This document shows, one piece after another, positions 49,125 to 61,850 of a stretch of DNA of 64,000 nucleotides (positions within the stretch are counted from its first letter, which is position 1; every line of letters starts with the position of its first letter). The notes below the pieces were generated by a model that was not told where the DNA came from, did no database searches, and saw only the letters and a list, made by a program, of their open reading frames with translations. The position numbers were made by a program, and so were the translations under genes. Origin of the DNA: Amphiscolops sp. MND2022 (taxonomy: Eukaryota); assembly GCA_964187785.1 (NCBI GenBank), contig OZ076409.1:49540001-49604000 (forward strand), written 5' to 3'.

Positions 49125-49200
49125 AAGATCGACCAATCACGTTAGCCGGATTTTGGTTGATCAACCAATCACAATAGCCGAAATTTGGCAGATTGGAAAA
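49125..49200 (-). promoter_or_regulatory. CCAAT-box cluster upstream of the ZF-JmjC gene
   Basis: ACCAATCAC twice and GATTGG, 135-200 bp upstream of the ATG. Confidence 0.45.
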
Positions 49201-50609
49201 AGATGATGTATGCTGGTGTTTGATGAGCAGGGCGAACAAATAATAACGTAAAAATTACAAAAGTTGATTTGACGATTTGTAGAAAAAAAGACTTTATATT
49301 GACTTTGTGAAAAACATTTGTCGAATCATGCGGTCGCAGGGGGGATAAGACAAATACCATTGTCGACATCGTTTGCGTTGAAACTTTGATCAAGAAAACA
49401 ATTGATGTCGACATAATTGTATACATTACATTGATTGTCAAAATAATGATTTAAAAATAATTTTTGCCTAAATAATTCCAATAAATACAATCAAAGTATT
49501 TTAATGGAACGCAAAAAAAAAATACAAATAACTTACTTTCTCTCTGATAAAATACAAATAATTTATTTTTAGTGTCCAATAATTTTACCAGAAGAACAGT
49601 GTGCATAGGAAATATTTTTTGGCATCCCTCGGAGTTAAACAGATGGTCCCATTTGACTATGAGCCAAAAATCATTTACTGAGTACAATGATTAAACATAG
49701 GATTGAAATAGTTAGAGAGATTTTCAGGCGAAAAGTTTCAATCATTTGCCAAGAGAGGGTGGGTTTATCTTTTAATTCCTTAGAATGTTTGTCACACTCA
49801 TAATTCCCGTTTTTTACTTGATGATACTTCAAATTGATTTCAAAGATAATTTATTGAGGGAATGTATTTCATTGATATATTCAAACTTCTAATGAATACA
49901 AGACGATTTCAATTCTTGAGCTGTTTTGATGAATGAACTGGGTTTCAATTTTGAAAACACATATTATAAAGATATTGACAGTCGCGAGGATCGGTTAAAG
50001 GAGATAGGGCAAGAATGTATTGTAATTTGCAATTTTTAGTCCCAATAAATGATTATAGCATATTCAAAATCATAGCAACATCGACTGAAAAAAAGATCAA
50101 CTTTAATTATTAAAAACAAATAGCTATATACAAAGTTTTGAAAACGAAGTGTTCTTTTGAATAATGTTTGCAAAAGTGCATGTATAACCAATTGGTGTTT
50201 TTGCAAAGATCGACTAATACCGAGTTTCGAACCCTTGACCTTGCGTTTATAATTCAAGCACTGTACCGATTAGGCTATAGTGTCTGAAATAATGTACAAT
50301 TTAAGTTTCATTTATTTGCTACGCAACAAATAGGGACATCAATAAAATTCAATAAATTCCATTTGAATACAATACAAGATTATTTATTGTAGAGGATAAT
50401 TGTTATTCGTGTTAATCAAGGTTAATTTTACGAATCAAATACCAGAACTCCTGTAAACTCCAGCTGTTTGCGCCATGAGAAAATTTGAGCCATCAATAGC
50501 CATTATGGCCATTATTGATGTAAACATTTGTAAACTTTATGGATTTTCTGTTTCGAACAATTAAAAAATAATAGTTTCCATTAATTTTTGAGCACCTCTG
50601 TTACCACCA

Positions 50610-50923
50610 CTTTGTCATTGACGAACCCCCACTTCGTCATTGCGTTGCTTGTTTTTTTATCTTACTTCCATTATGGAAATAAGATAAAAAAGCAACGCAA
50701 TGAGATTTGCGCGCTGACAAGTCGTCAACGTACAATCACATTGCGTTGCTTTTTTTATTTTATTTCCATTATGGAAGTAAAATAAAAAAGCAACGCAATG
50801 TGGTTCTGAGAAAATCCATGGCCCCCCCATGGCCAAGCTAGAGTGTTTTTTCAATTCTCACCAAGTATGTATAGTACAAAAGGGGTCTAAGTCCCGCTGA
50901 GTGCGGATTCGTCAACGGACAAA
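50610..50923. mobile_element. Small TIR element with internal paired hairpins
   Basis: TTTGTCATTGACGAAC / TTCGTCAACGGACAAA ends; two ~65-bp imperfect palindromes CATTGCGTTGCT...AGCAACGCAATG. Confidence 0.55.
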
Positions 50924-51529
50924 CACTCAGTCACATCGTTTCTTTACATCTTTTATTCAGTCACATCTTTTATTCTCTTGCCATATACTATAGTTTCATT
51001 TGGTGGATTACCAAATAACAAGAGCAAATGAGGTGGATTGATAATGCAGGGTTGTCAAAAAATTCGCACCAATTTAAATCGCAATTCAATTCGGGAATTA
51101 GTTCGCCGGTTTTTTCATTGATATTTTTTGTCGAAGGCCGCGTGTTGAATTGTACAAATTGTCTCACGAGAAAGCTCAGAAACGTGAGCTTATGCCAAAA
51201 AAGGCTGAAAAATTGAAATTTTTGATGCGTTTTGTTGAAATATTTAACATCCCTTGTTTTGAAAGAAATTTTCGAGAAACGGTTTTGGAAAAAAATCGAT
51301 TTAAATCGCTATTTTGATTGAAAAAAAACATTAAAAACGACGTTTTTCTAGAAAGAACGTTTTTTTAACCATGTGATTATTTAATAATACTAGTATTCTC
51401 GAAAGTATGCTCCAAAAAATTCAATAAAAAATTCATTGTAAAAATTTTTGACGCAGTGGGACAATCCTTTAATTTTACCAATTACAGCAGGAGAGTCATC
51501 CACTTCGGTCATCCACCCATGTCAGTCAT

Positions 51530-52170
51530 CCCGGTTTTGGGTGGTGAATGAACCAAGTTGAGAGCTTGACATACAAGCTGTTGGTTTGGATTCAATCAAG
51601 AGGGGGCAATCACTAATTTACTTGGTGAATAGAAACAAACAAGATTGCGGTAAAAGTCCCATCAATGCTTAGTAAATTACAGTTTCAGGTCCCACCAAGT
51701 GCATTTTCGAAAACGTCCTATTTGTTTTTCAAACATTAACAACAGAAGCGTCAAGAAACCCTGCCAGCCCCATGAGGTGTTTGGTGGTGAATGAACCAAG
51801 TTGAGAGCTTGGCATCCAAGCTGGCAATCAAGAGAGAGCAATCACTAATTTACATGGTAAATGGAAGCAAACACGACTGTGTTAAAAAGTCCCATCAATG
51901 CTTAATAAATTAAAGTATCAGGTCCCACCAAGTGCTTTTTCGAAAACGTCCTATTTGTTTTTCAAACATTAACAACAGAAGCGTCAAGAAACCCCGCCAG
52001 TCCCATAAGGTGTTTGGTGGTGAATGAACCAAGTTGAAAGCTTGGCATCTAAGCTGGCAATCAAGAGAGAGAGCAATCACTGATTTACTTGGTGAATGAA
52101 AACAAACAACTGCGTTAAAATGTCCCATCAATGCTTAGTAAAGTAGTGACAGGTCCCACCAAGTGCAACA
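51530..52170. repeat. ~235-bp tandem repeat, ~3 diverged copies, each with CAGGTCCCACCAAGTGC
   Basis: TTTGGTGGTGAATGAACCAAGTTGA...GTCCCATCAATGCTTA...GGTCCCACCAAG repeated. Confidence 0.85.
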
Positions 52171-52462
52171 ACCAATCAAATTCAAACTTTTATCCAATTT
52201 TTTTTCAACGTCATTTCTCATTCCATGAGTTAGTATTGCGTTGTTTTGTCGCCTAAGAAGGAAGAAGATTTCCAAGGCTTACAAAATACAATCAAATTCA
52301 TAAGTTCATAGCAACACAAAAGTATTGATATAGCTAGTTCAAACGACACTAGCGTTGCAGATTATACTGCATAGAGCTGAAAGGATTCCAAGGAAGTCTA
52401 CATTCATCAGCTGGTCAAAGAGCACATAGCAAGCCCAGTTCCGAGCTGACATCAACCCTATC

Positions 52463-52867
52463 ATGTTCAATCCCTCAGCAATGCCAATCAGGTCGTGTAT
52501 TCGTCCGATAGATGAACTGCTCTCAAATTATGCACCACCACACAGAAAAAACGTGCATTTTGCCGACTCAACCACCAATCAAACCTCTCCGACACATCCG
52601 AGAGCTTGGAGGATCAAAAGAAGCAAACCCATTCCTGAGACAACCCCAACAACCTCGCTCACTCTAATCTCTTCTCTACGGAGTGAAAATACAAAAAGGA
52701 ACAAAAAACCAGTAACAGTCAAGTTCTCTTTCATTGAAAGAGCTATACTACCAAATGGACAAGTAATGGAGTCCGTGATATGTTTCAATGCACCCAATGA
52801 ATACTGGAAACCTGGGGCTCTGGACGACGAGCCGTGTTATATATTGAACTGCCGAACAACAAGATAG
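52463..52867 (+). CDS. Hypothetical 134-aa intronless protein
   Basis: ATG in ATCATG context; GC-richer island in AT-rich flanks; upstream CCAAT near 52172. Confidence 0.45.
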   Translation: MFNPSAMPIRSCIRPIDELLSNYAPPHRKNVHFADSTTNQTSPTHPRAWRIKRSKPIPETTPTTSLTLISSLRSENTKRNKKPVTVKFSFIERAILPNGQVMESVICFNAPNEYWKPGALDDEPCYILNCRTTR

Positions 52868-53133
52868 TATTTCATGTTACTATTTGTCGTTTTTTGTTTA
52901 CATTTTTCAAAATCAATTGACCTTTTTCATCTGATTCTCCATTTCATGTTTTAAAAGCAAGCTATCTTGGAAAGGTAGAAAGAAGAGTGGCCACAAACAA
53001 AAATTGGAAAACGGATGTTCTGCGCTCACATTTTAAAATAATTTTTGTTCCCGTTTTCTTGATTTCGGAAAAATGATGTCAATAATCTGTAATAAAGGGG
53101 GAAATCTCCTAGGGCTACGCCCTAAAGTCTATT

Positions 53134-53235
<102 letters not shown>

Positions 53236-55723
53236 GTTCGCGGTGACATTTTGCACCACAATTCCAAAATCGTGTACCACTTTGCATGACCTCGAAAAAT
53301 CGCAAGACCGAAATGCACCTACTACTACCAAGAGCAAAATGGTATCAGATTTACTACTAAAACTATGTCCAAGTAGCATGTGATTTTTTAAGTAGTAATA
53401 CAGATCACAAATCTGAGAACCACTTTGCAATGCAAAAACTGTGAATACTCGGAACTCTCTGCGAAACGTATTGAAATGAACTGAAATGAATAGTATTAGG
53501 TTCTGAGGAGGAATCAAATGATAATCGGAAGGCGTACGTTTTTTTGTAGCCATAGGGAGGATTTTGTAGCCATAGGGAGAGTTGACTCCGAGGGCTTGCA
53601 CCTCTCGCACCCCCAGACAAAATGCATTCTCTCATAGCTTTTAAATAAAGTTACCAATCATTTGAATACAAAGTCTTTAGTCACATACTGGAAAAACTTC
53701 AACTCAATCTTGCATGCGAAAAATGCAGAGAGCTGGGATATTGTAGCCATAGGGAGATGACTTTGAAGGGGCCTTTATTTTGCCTTTATTTTACGAAACG
53801 TTGAGCATTACCCAATCTGATGCTTGAAAAAGATTTGTTTGTCAAGGTTCTGGATTGCCACTTTTGATTTGAAATTTGAACAATTTTTCGAATTTGAATG
53901 ATCACATCAATTTTAACAACAGATATACTTTTCAACAGTATTCAACATTTTATAATCATTTGTTTTTAATCAGCCAACTCTGCTTAAAAGATCTACAAAA
54001 ATGAATAAAAATATTGGCATGCTTTGGTTTTCCCTCCATTTTTTCGTTCACTGAGAATAACAGCATGCTTTCCTAACGTATATTGACAAACAAACAGACA
54101 ATCGAATGTTTATTTGAATTCTGGGATCCAGTTAGTCTGAATTGAACTTGCTGTAGATTTCCTTCAATAACAGCAGCTAACTGGTTGTGAATATAGTATA
54201 TTCTTTACTAGGGATTGTAGCCAACAGTACAAGTAATAATAATTCCATATTTCAAGAAACCATATATCAAATGGCTATTCAACAGATATACTTTAGAGAA
54301 ATAGAGAAACCAACTAATTTGCTATTCAACAGATATACTTTAGAGAAATAGAGAAACCAACTAATTGTGAAAATTTCGTTCAGTCCCGGCATGGTTCATA
54401 AGCGGATTTCCAATTTCTTCGTTCAATTGAATTCATTTCAATTCAATTCCAATTTCTTCGTTTGTATTGTAACGTTCGCATTGTAAATCGCAAAAGGCAA
54501 ACAGCAAACAATTCTTATGATGACCAAATAACATAATAGCTATTTACTTCGTATGATTTGTGAAACTCAGTTCAGCTAAATGAATCAAATTCACAAGACC
54601 GAAACAAAAATAGTCTTACAAAAATTTGAAAATGAAATCCATTGTCATTTGTCAAGGAAATTGTCATTAAATGAAATGTCATTGAATCTGTCATTAAATT
54701 AAATTATAAATTTGCACTTATGTTATTTGGTCTACATTCGATGCAGTTTATTGGCAAAAATTGTTCATTGGCAAATTAACTTCTACCATTATTAAATTGC
54801 CATTAATACTTCTTTAATACTTGCCATTAATACTTGCCTTCTTTGCCATTATACTTCTATTACTCCTTATACGGTAAGAACATTTAAAGGGTTACTCCGG
54901 GGTTAAAAGTTTTAGGTAGTGTTGCTATTTTCTTCGAAAACTTATAGAATTAACTGAACAAACTTATGAATTTTTGAAGAAATAAACTTAAAGAATTCGA
55001 AGAAAGTTATTAGGATTCCTATTTCGAATTTGTCCATTGAATTCAACTATCATCAACGTCATAAGATGGGGGGTTTTTAGGTTGAAAGGAGGTGTTGAGA
55101 GAGAGGTGTTAATTCTAAATGAGTGAAAATGAGTCTAACAGGTGAAAGACATCTAAACCTTTGATAATTATCTGAGGTAATGTGAGGAAAGAAAAATAAG
55201 CAGCCAACCCCATCCCCCCACCTCAACCCATCACCCCAACCCATCAGCCCAACCCATCACCCCAACCCCTCTCCATGATTGTTTATTAAAAGTCTAGTTA
55301 AAAGTTCAGTAGAGGAAGTTTATTTTTAGAGTTTAATTTTTTTAAATTTTAGAGTTTTTATTAGTTTAAAAAGCAGAAATTAATGAATTATTGATTAAGA
55401 TGAAAATCAAAATATCTTAGATAAATCAAAATTTTTTAGAGTTTTAATTATTTTAATTAGTTTAAAAGGTAAAAATTAATGAATTATTGATAAAATCATA
55501 ATGAGGACACTTTTCAAGAAGTAAATTACTTTGTGACAATTTTATGCAGAAAAATCAAACATGACCATTGGTTATTCATCAGAATAAGAATTAAAGTATG
55601 ATATAAATTAAATTAAAGTTCCGAGGAAACTTCGATCAAATAGATTTAAATAAAATTGAAGTACGAATGAAACTTCGATCAAAGTTGATCAATTATATAA
55701 ACAACTGAAATCGAAATGATAAC

Positions 55724-55806
55724 GGGGACGGTGGTTCAGTGGTTAAGTGGGCTGGTTGTTCGGGCTTGTTCATCGCAAACCGGGGTTCGAATCCCAGACT
55801 GGGCGG
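55724..55806 (+). pseudogene. tRNA-derived SINE-like head
   Basis: A box TGGTTCAGTGG and B box GGTTCGAATCC; no convincing cloverleaf. Confidence 0.55.
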
Positions 55807-55938
55807 GTTTGGAATGCGAATTTTTATTGCTGTTTTGATCTTTTAAGTGTTTGACTGGAAACACCCTTTTGACTGGAAACACTGAGTCACTGTCCTTTTT
55901 TTGAGGAAACAAGGGAGGGAGGAGAGTCACAGTACTAA

Positions 55939-56667
55939 AATAATATAAATAATCTAATAATAATCTAAGGACCAGATTTCTTTGCCCCCCTTTTTTTCTT
56001 CAGAAGATATTGCTTTTTTGATGTTCTTTGAAAAAAACACGAAAAGTTCTGAATATCTGAATTATTCGTTACTATTGCGCTTTCTTATTGGCCGAGAATT
56101 CAACCAATTAGGCATCTGAATCAAAAGTACAAAGTTTCACACTTTTGAATGATGATTTAAGTTGATTCAAATATTATTTATTTTCACAGTATTATATAAT
56201 TATTATATAACAAATATCATTTTAAAATATTTTTAAAAAGTGTGGGGGGAAAGGAAAAAGTTCCGTTACTATAATCAATTGCATAAACAACATTTTGAAA
56301 AGTGTGGGGGGGAGGACAAAGTTCCGTTACTATAATTAATTGCAAAAACAACAATTTACCCCCACACTTTTTAAAATTATTTTAAAATGATATTTGTTAT
56401 ATAATAATTATATAATACTGTGAAATTAAATAATATTTGAATCAACTTAAATCATCATTCAAAAGTGTGAAACTTTGTACTTTTGATTCAGATGCCTAAT
56501 TGGTTGAATTCTCGGCCAATAAGAAAGCGCAATAGTAACGAATAATTCAGATATTCAGAACTTTTCGTGTTTTTTCAAAGAACATCAAAAAAGCAATATC
56601 TTATGAAGAAAAAAAGGGGGGCAAAGAAATCTGGTCCTTAGATTATTATTAGATTATTTATATTATT
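55939..56667. repeat. Long inverted repeat / foldback element (~310-bp arms, ~110-bp spacer)
   Basis: 55939-56248 is a near-perfect reverse complement of 56359-56667; spacer holds a direct duplication. Confidence 0.92.
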
Positions 56668-56888
56668 AGATTATTAGATTTAATGCATCCGGCTGCAGCT
56701 CAAGCGGTCACTGGTTAGAACCCGGGTGCAACCTAACTTTTTTCATTTGATATTCTCCCAAGAGATTTTTGTATTATTCGAATTTGAAGCTTGTTTTGAA
56801 ACTAAAACGGGTACACAACTGCTTTTAAAAAACGGATGCAGAGTGGTCAACTAATTTTTTCACGAGGTTCCAGGTGTCAAGATGCAAG

Positions 56889-57098
56889 ATGAGACCCAAA
56901 AACTTGAGGCCAACAAAACTTTATAGTAGATGTATTATTTGTTTAGAGGACTTTAGATCAGTAGAATTACAGAGCTTTCATAGAAAACATTCCTTACATT
57001 TAGCATGTAGAGACTGTTTAGATTCCCTTTTTGTATATTCAGATGTATTTAAATGTCCATTATGTAGAATACCTGTAGATAACATTGTATATTCTTAG
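56889..57098 (+). CDS. Small RING-finger protein (or terminal RING exon)
   Basis: CIIC-LEDF...H.H-LA-CRDC...CPLCR; TTCCAG acceptor ending 56873. Confidence 0.65.
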   Translation: MRPKNLRPTKLYSRCIICLEDFRSVELQSFHRKHSLHLACRDCLDSLFVYSDVFKCPLCRIPVDNIVYS

Positions 57099-57140
57099 TT
57101 TTGTAAATTTTGTAGTTTATTTTATTAGTTAATTTACGGA

Positions 57141-57474
57141 CAGGGGTGTTAAAAGTCTCCCTTTTTTGTTATTTAGGACAACATTAGGTCATTACTGCCA
57201 TTTAGTCCATTCACCCATCTGGGTTCAATCTTTCAGTGCATTTCTTTTTGGTTCATTGGATTTTGCATGTGGTGTTAAAAGTCTCCCTTTTTTGTTATTT
57301 AAATCAATCTTAAGTCATTACTGCCATTTAGTCCATTCACCCATCTGGTTTCAATCTTTCAGTGCATTTCTTTTTGGTTCATTTTGTCATTTGGTTCATT
57401 TTTGGTTCGTCATTTTGGTTTGTCATTTTGGTTCATTTTGTCATTTGACTAAACGATAATTTTTAACACCCCTG
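57141..57474. mobile_element. hAT-like MITE
   Basis: Perfect 14-bp TIR CAGGGGTGTTAAAA / TTTTAACACCCCTG; internal duplication; TSD not convincing. Confidence 0.6.
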
Positions 57475-59858
57475 TTTGAGACCTTACAGAGGCCACGTTC
57501 TCGTCGTGGGTCTTGTTAAAGGGTGACACTATGTGATCCCCGAACTGAGAGCCTCTTTAAAATTACAAAATTTTGGGCTAGTGTTATTGTATGTTGTGAT
57601 TTCTGATCAGAACATTAACAAAGGCCCAACATTTCGAAAATGTGTCATTGTGAAAATCAGTAGCAGTGCTGAAATCTAAATACCATATTACATCAATTGA
57701 GAATGCATTATGGGTTCGCGGCGTTGTACCATCTGCAACTTGGAAGCAAAAAATTGAAAAATCATTTTTTTTTCAAAGTTGTGGAAAATTACTTTTTAAT
57801 CATTTTCCTGAAAGAGTTTGAGTTCTTTTTATGCTCTACAGATTTTTTTTTGGTTTACTTGGTCTCAGAATTTTTTTTGAGGGTCGGAAAATTAACTTTC
57901 AATATATGTACGTCAGACAATTCTGTAAAGTTTTAAATGATTCATTTTTTAAATCATAAATGATTTCATGTTTAACGCGTTTCCTCTCCTCTTGAACTGG
58001 GAAGAACAGACAAAATGCCCCTCTTGGTTCCCCACGGTTGAATCTTTTAGGTAATATGTCTAACAAAACAATACACATCAAATCTCAACCCAATCACATT
58101 GCGTTTCCTTCGCTCAGTCCTTTTCCAATTTTTGTCAATTTTCACTGTCTCATAGGAGTTCCCACCTTTCATGTCCCACCTTTTGCCCGTTCCACCAAAG
58201 TTTATTTAAAAAGGGGTCAATGTCCCACTAAGTCTGCTTTCCTCAAATCACACAATCCTCTAAGAATTTTCACTCAGATTCAATTGGTCGTGTACGAAAT
58301 AGACCCCACTTTTTACTAGGCCTTGGTGGGACGGGCACAAGGTGGGACATAATAAGTGGGACGCCATTTCACACATAGTGTTTTCGTTCAAAAACATTTC
58401 TCAGGAACCCTGATCACATTGTAATTCTTTTAGAACATTTTTCTAAGGAAACGATACAAAGATAGCCGGCATTTGAAACCATACTGCATTTATTGCGACA
58501 AAATTCAATTGGCTGACGACGCAATTCATTATAGCGGAATGTTTTTGGCTGGTGAAAACTTGTATTTCGAGATTCGAAAAGAAAATATTATTCCATCGTT
58601 CTAAAAATAAATCGTTTCATTTAACATTTACATAATAGCCTCTTACAATGGAACAAAATGAGGACAGTTTCTCAGCCAGCAGTTGTTACGCCAAGACCCA
58701 CCAGGGCCAAGTAAAAAATATCCTGAAATTAACCTTTATAATAATATCTTATATATTATATTTATTTTTCATTATATTGTTACACACGTGGTACCCTTAG
58801 TCTCTCACTGCGCGTGAGCGTCGTATTTTAAATACTCAATGGGTTCGACATGCATTGGAAAGTTTTTATCAACCGCATTATTGACAGACGATTCAACGAT
58901 TTTTTTTCTAAAAACGGGCTGTCACTTTCTAGTTTGGCCTCGGTGGTGTCCTTAAAATGTTCCTAATTTTTTGACTTTCTGAAGCTGGTGTTCTTATTAA
59001 GGTAATCTTACAAAAACTGGGTGTAGTCTATTCATTGTAGTCTATGCTATAATCAATCAATAACAGTATTTTAAAATAGCTTTATTAAAACAAAATATAT
59101 GTAGAATTGAATAAATAGTTTTGAAAAAAAAACACAAATAGTTAATAAATAATTTCTACTCGTATTTTAGAACGCAATTCTACAACATTTCCATGACACA
59201 TGCTTCTTTATTTCTACTACATACATAGACTTTTTACCAAATTGACCCACTATAAGAATTATTCATAACAAAAACAACAACATGTTAGAATGACGCACTA
59301 TGGACAAAACGAGGTCAATCACCAAAGAAATATACCTTTCTTAGTGGGACATACAACGATAACAGCGACTTCTCCGTCTCATTCCGAGGATGCGGTTCAT
59401 ACCTGATCAAAAACCTGTCCAAATCATGGTACTTGGTGGAGCATAAGGTGGGGATATGCAGTAGTTATTCTAGAAGAAGCAACATAGCACGCGAAAGAAA
59501 GCAAATGAACAAATCTCATTGGCCGATCAAGGTCTCACGCGCTCATTTCATTGGTTGAGAGCAACGTGCAAAACATCAGGTTTTAGTTTTTTGAATTTTT
59601 GACCCACTTACAATTTTTTGATTTCAAATCGTTTCCGACTTTGCTGTTCCTAATTACTTGATTATCTATAGCCGGTTAGGTTACCAAAGTAATTCACTTT
59701 GAACTATATCACAACTGAACACCGAATAATTACTCGCGAATAATTTTGAGACAATTGTGGCTAGGACGTTTTTGGAAGGGGTACTGTGGAACTCCAGTTC
59801 TTTCTCAGTCTCTTTGAACTCAGTCTGTTTAGTCTAGTCTGTAACACCTAATCTACTG

Positions 59859-60200
59859 ATGCCTTGCCACAAACTATTTTTGAACTTACAGTGGGTAGTT
59901 CCACAAGAGCTCAAAAACCTCGATATTGAGGTAGTTACAATCACAAAAATATATTGGACCTTCAGAGGAAAAGTCATCAGAGTTTGTTTCTTTGGAATTC
60001 AATTCAACCGCTCTCATCCGCTACCCGTGAAAAAGACCCCAACCAAATTCAACATACACCTTCACCCTCAGTCAAAAAGTTTCAAGGACTTGTACGAAGT
60101 GCTGTGCTACCATGCTCTGGACAACAAGGATCCACTACTGGAAGAACTGCTGTGCTTTATGTCCAGCAAGGAGATTTCTTTCGAAAAACTATTTGACTAG
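59859..60200 (+). CDS. Hypothetical 113-aa intronless protein
   Basis: ATG-started, protein-like composition, GC-richer than flanks; two CATTGG boxes at ~59517-59555. Confidence 0.45.
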   Translation: MPCHKLFLNLQWVVPQELKNLDIEVVTITKIYWTFRGKVIRVCFFGIQFNRSHPLPVKKTPTKFNIHLHPQSKSFKDLYEVLCYHALDNKDPLLEELLCFMSSKEISFEKLFD

Positions 60201-60539
60201 TCTTTGGACAAATCATTCTTTAACATAAAACTCTAATTGCACGCACTTATTGTGTTTTTTGTTTCCATTTGTATCAGCCTATTCATTTATAAAAAAATAG
60301 TTGTTTGTGTAATTGTTTCAAATATTTGTTCAGTTGATTTTCTGTTTTAGTAGAAACTTTTTGAAAAAATTGTTATTGATTATTTGAATATTGACATTTA
60401 AACATGATTACAAGGTAATGGACCATGTCATCAATCCCCCCCCAAACTGTAGAAAAATAAGACACAAGGTTCAAATACCATTATGTCGACATCGTTTGCG
60501 TTGAAATTTTTAGAATTAGTGAATATTCTGCTTCGTGAC

Positions 60540-60966
60540 CAGGGATACGCAATAAATAATTAACTGCAAAATAACTGCAATATTTCTTCAAAATAATTTA
60601 TTCCTTGACGTAAATATTATTTAAAATTAATTTTCAGGAGTTAGCTATAAAAATAACTGCGGAAAAACTGGGTCAAACTTCTAAATTATTTAATATTAAT
60701 ATTTCTGTGGAGTAATGCGTAAACAGGCGTTGAAAACTGCATATACAAACCTCATTATTCTGCATTAAAAAATAGTCAAACTGTTCAAAGTTTGTTGATT
60801 CCTGATGATAATTAACATTCTGAATATTGCGTTTTGACAAAAAAAAATTTGCAATTAATAATTTTTCAAAACCAAAAATTGTAATAATTTATTCAGCAGG
60901 CCAAAAAATATTAAGTTTTTGCTGCGTAAAAGCAATAGTATTGCAATATTTTATTGCATATCCCTG
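60540..60966. mobile_element. hAT-like MITE
   Basis: TIR CAGGGATACGCAATAA / TTATTGCATATCCCTG; perfect 8-bp TSD TTCGTGAC. Confidence 0.9.
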
Positions 60967-61038
60967 TTCGTGACACCCTACCATATGGTCCAAGGTAATT
61001 TAAAATTTGAAACCAAAATATGTTCTTTTCTGTTACTT

Positions 61039-61850
61039 CCCCCATAGTAAGCGCAAAAATTTTAATTCAATTTTTAAAGAGATGCGGTTACTAGATATAT
61101 ACCTACCTCATGAACCTCCATTACCTATAAAACTGGACCCTATCCGAACGCAGCAGCAAAACAACATTTTGTGGTAGTTATAATCAGATCCAGAAAAGAA
61201 ATTATAAAGAAACGCAATGTGGTTGAGCATGAAAAGGTGTTATATTGACCACGAAAAGCACGCCTATTTTGATTCTCAAGCTAGCTTGTTGCATAGCTGG
61301 AGAATTGAAGTTCATTGAACGACGGAAAGAAGCGCAATGAGATTGAGCATACGTGCAACGGGTCTGCCAAGTTGCCTTTGTTTATTTAATTTACATGTAC
61401 ATGTTGCTCCTAAAACTATAGCTTACATGTACAAGGTAATACAGTCCTGTGATAAAAGAATGGAACCACAAATTGGTAATAATATTTGGAACACCTAATT
61501 TTTCTGCCCATATCTCTGAAACTATTGATATTCAAGAAAAATGTCTCAAATAAAAGTTTCTCAAAATTTAACCTAGTTTATATTTGTTTTTTTGAAACTT
61601 CTATGGCAAATATTGGGGGAAACTAGCTCCCAATACCTCTCTATGTAAAAGTTGGTTTGTCAACCAAGTTTTGAACCTTTTCTGTTTATTCCCTACCAGT
61701 TAAGCGGACAAATGAAATTTTGATTGAATTAATAGTAACAAACAATCAAATTGCAGTATTTTATAACTCTAACTGCAACTGAAACTCATCGCTGATAGTG
61801 GTGGGGAATTAAAGTTTCCGCGCTTACTGTGCGGGGGGGGGAAGGGGGGT
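61039..61850. mobile_element. Second copy of the TIR element family seen at 44187-45940
   Basis: CCCCCATAGTAAGCGC left end; TTGCAGTATTTTATAACTCTAACTGCAACTGAAACTCATC...CTTACTGTGCGGGG right end. Confidence 0.6.
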
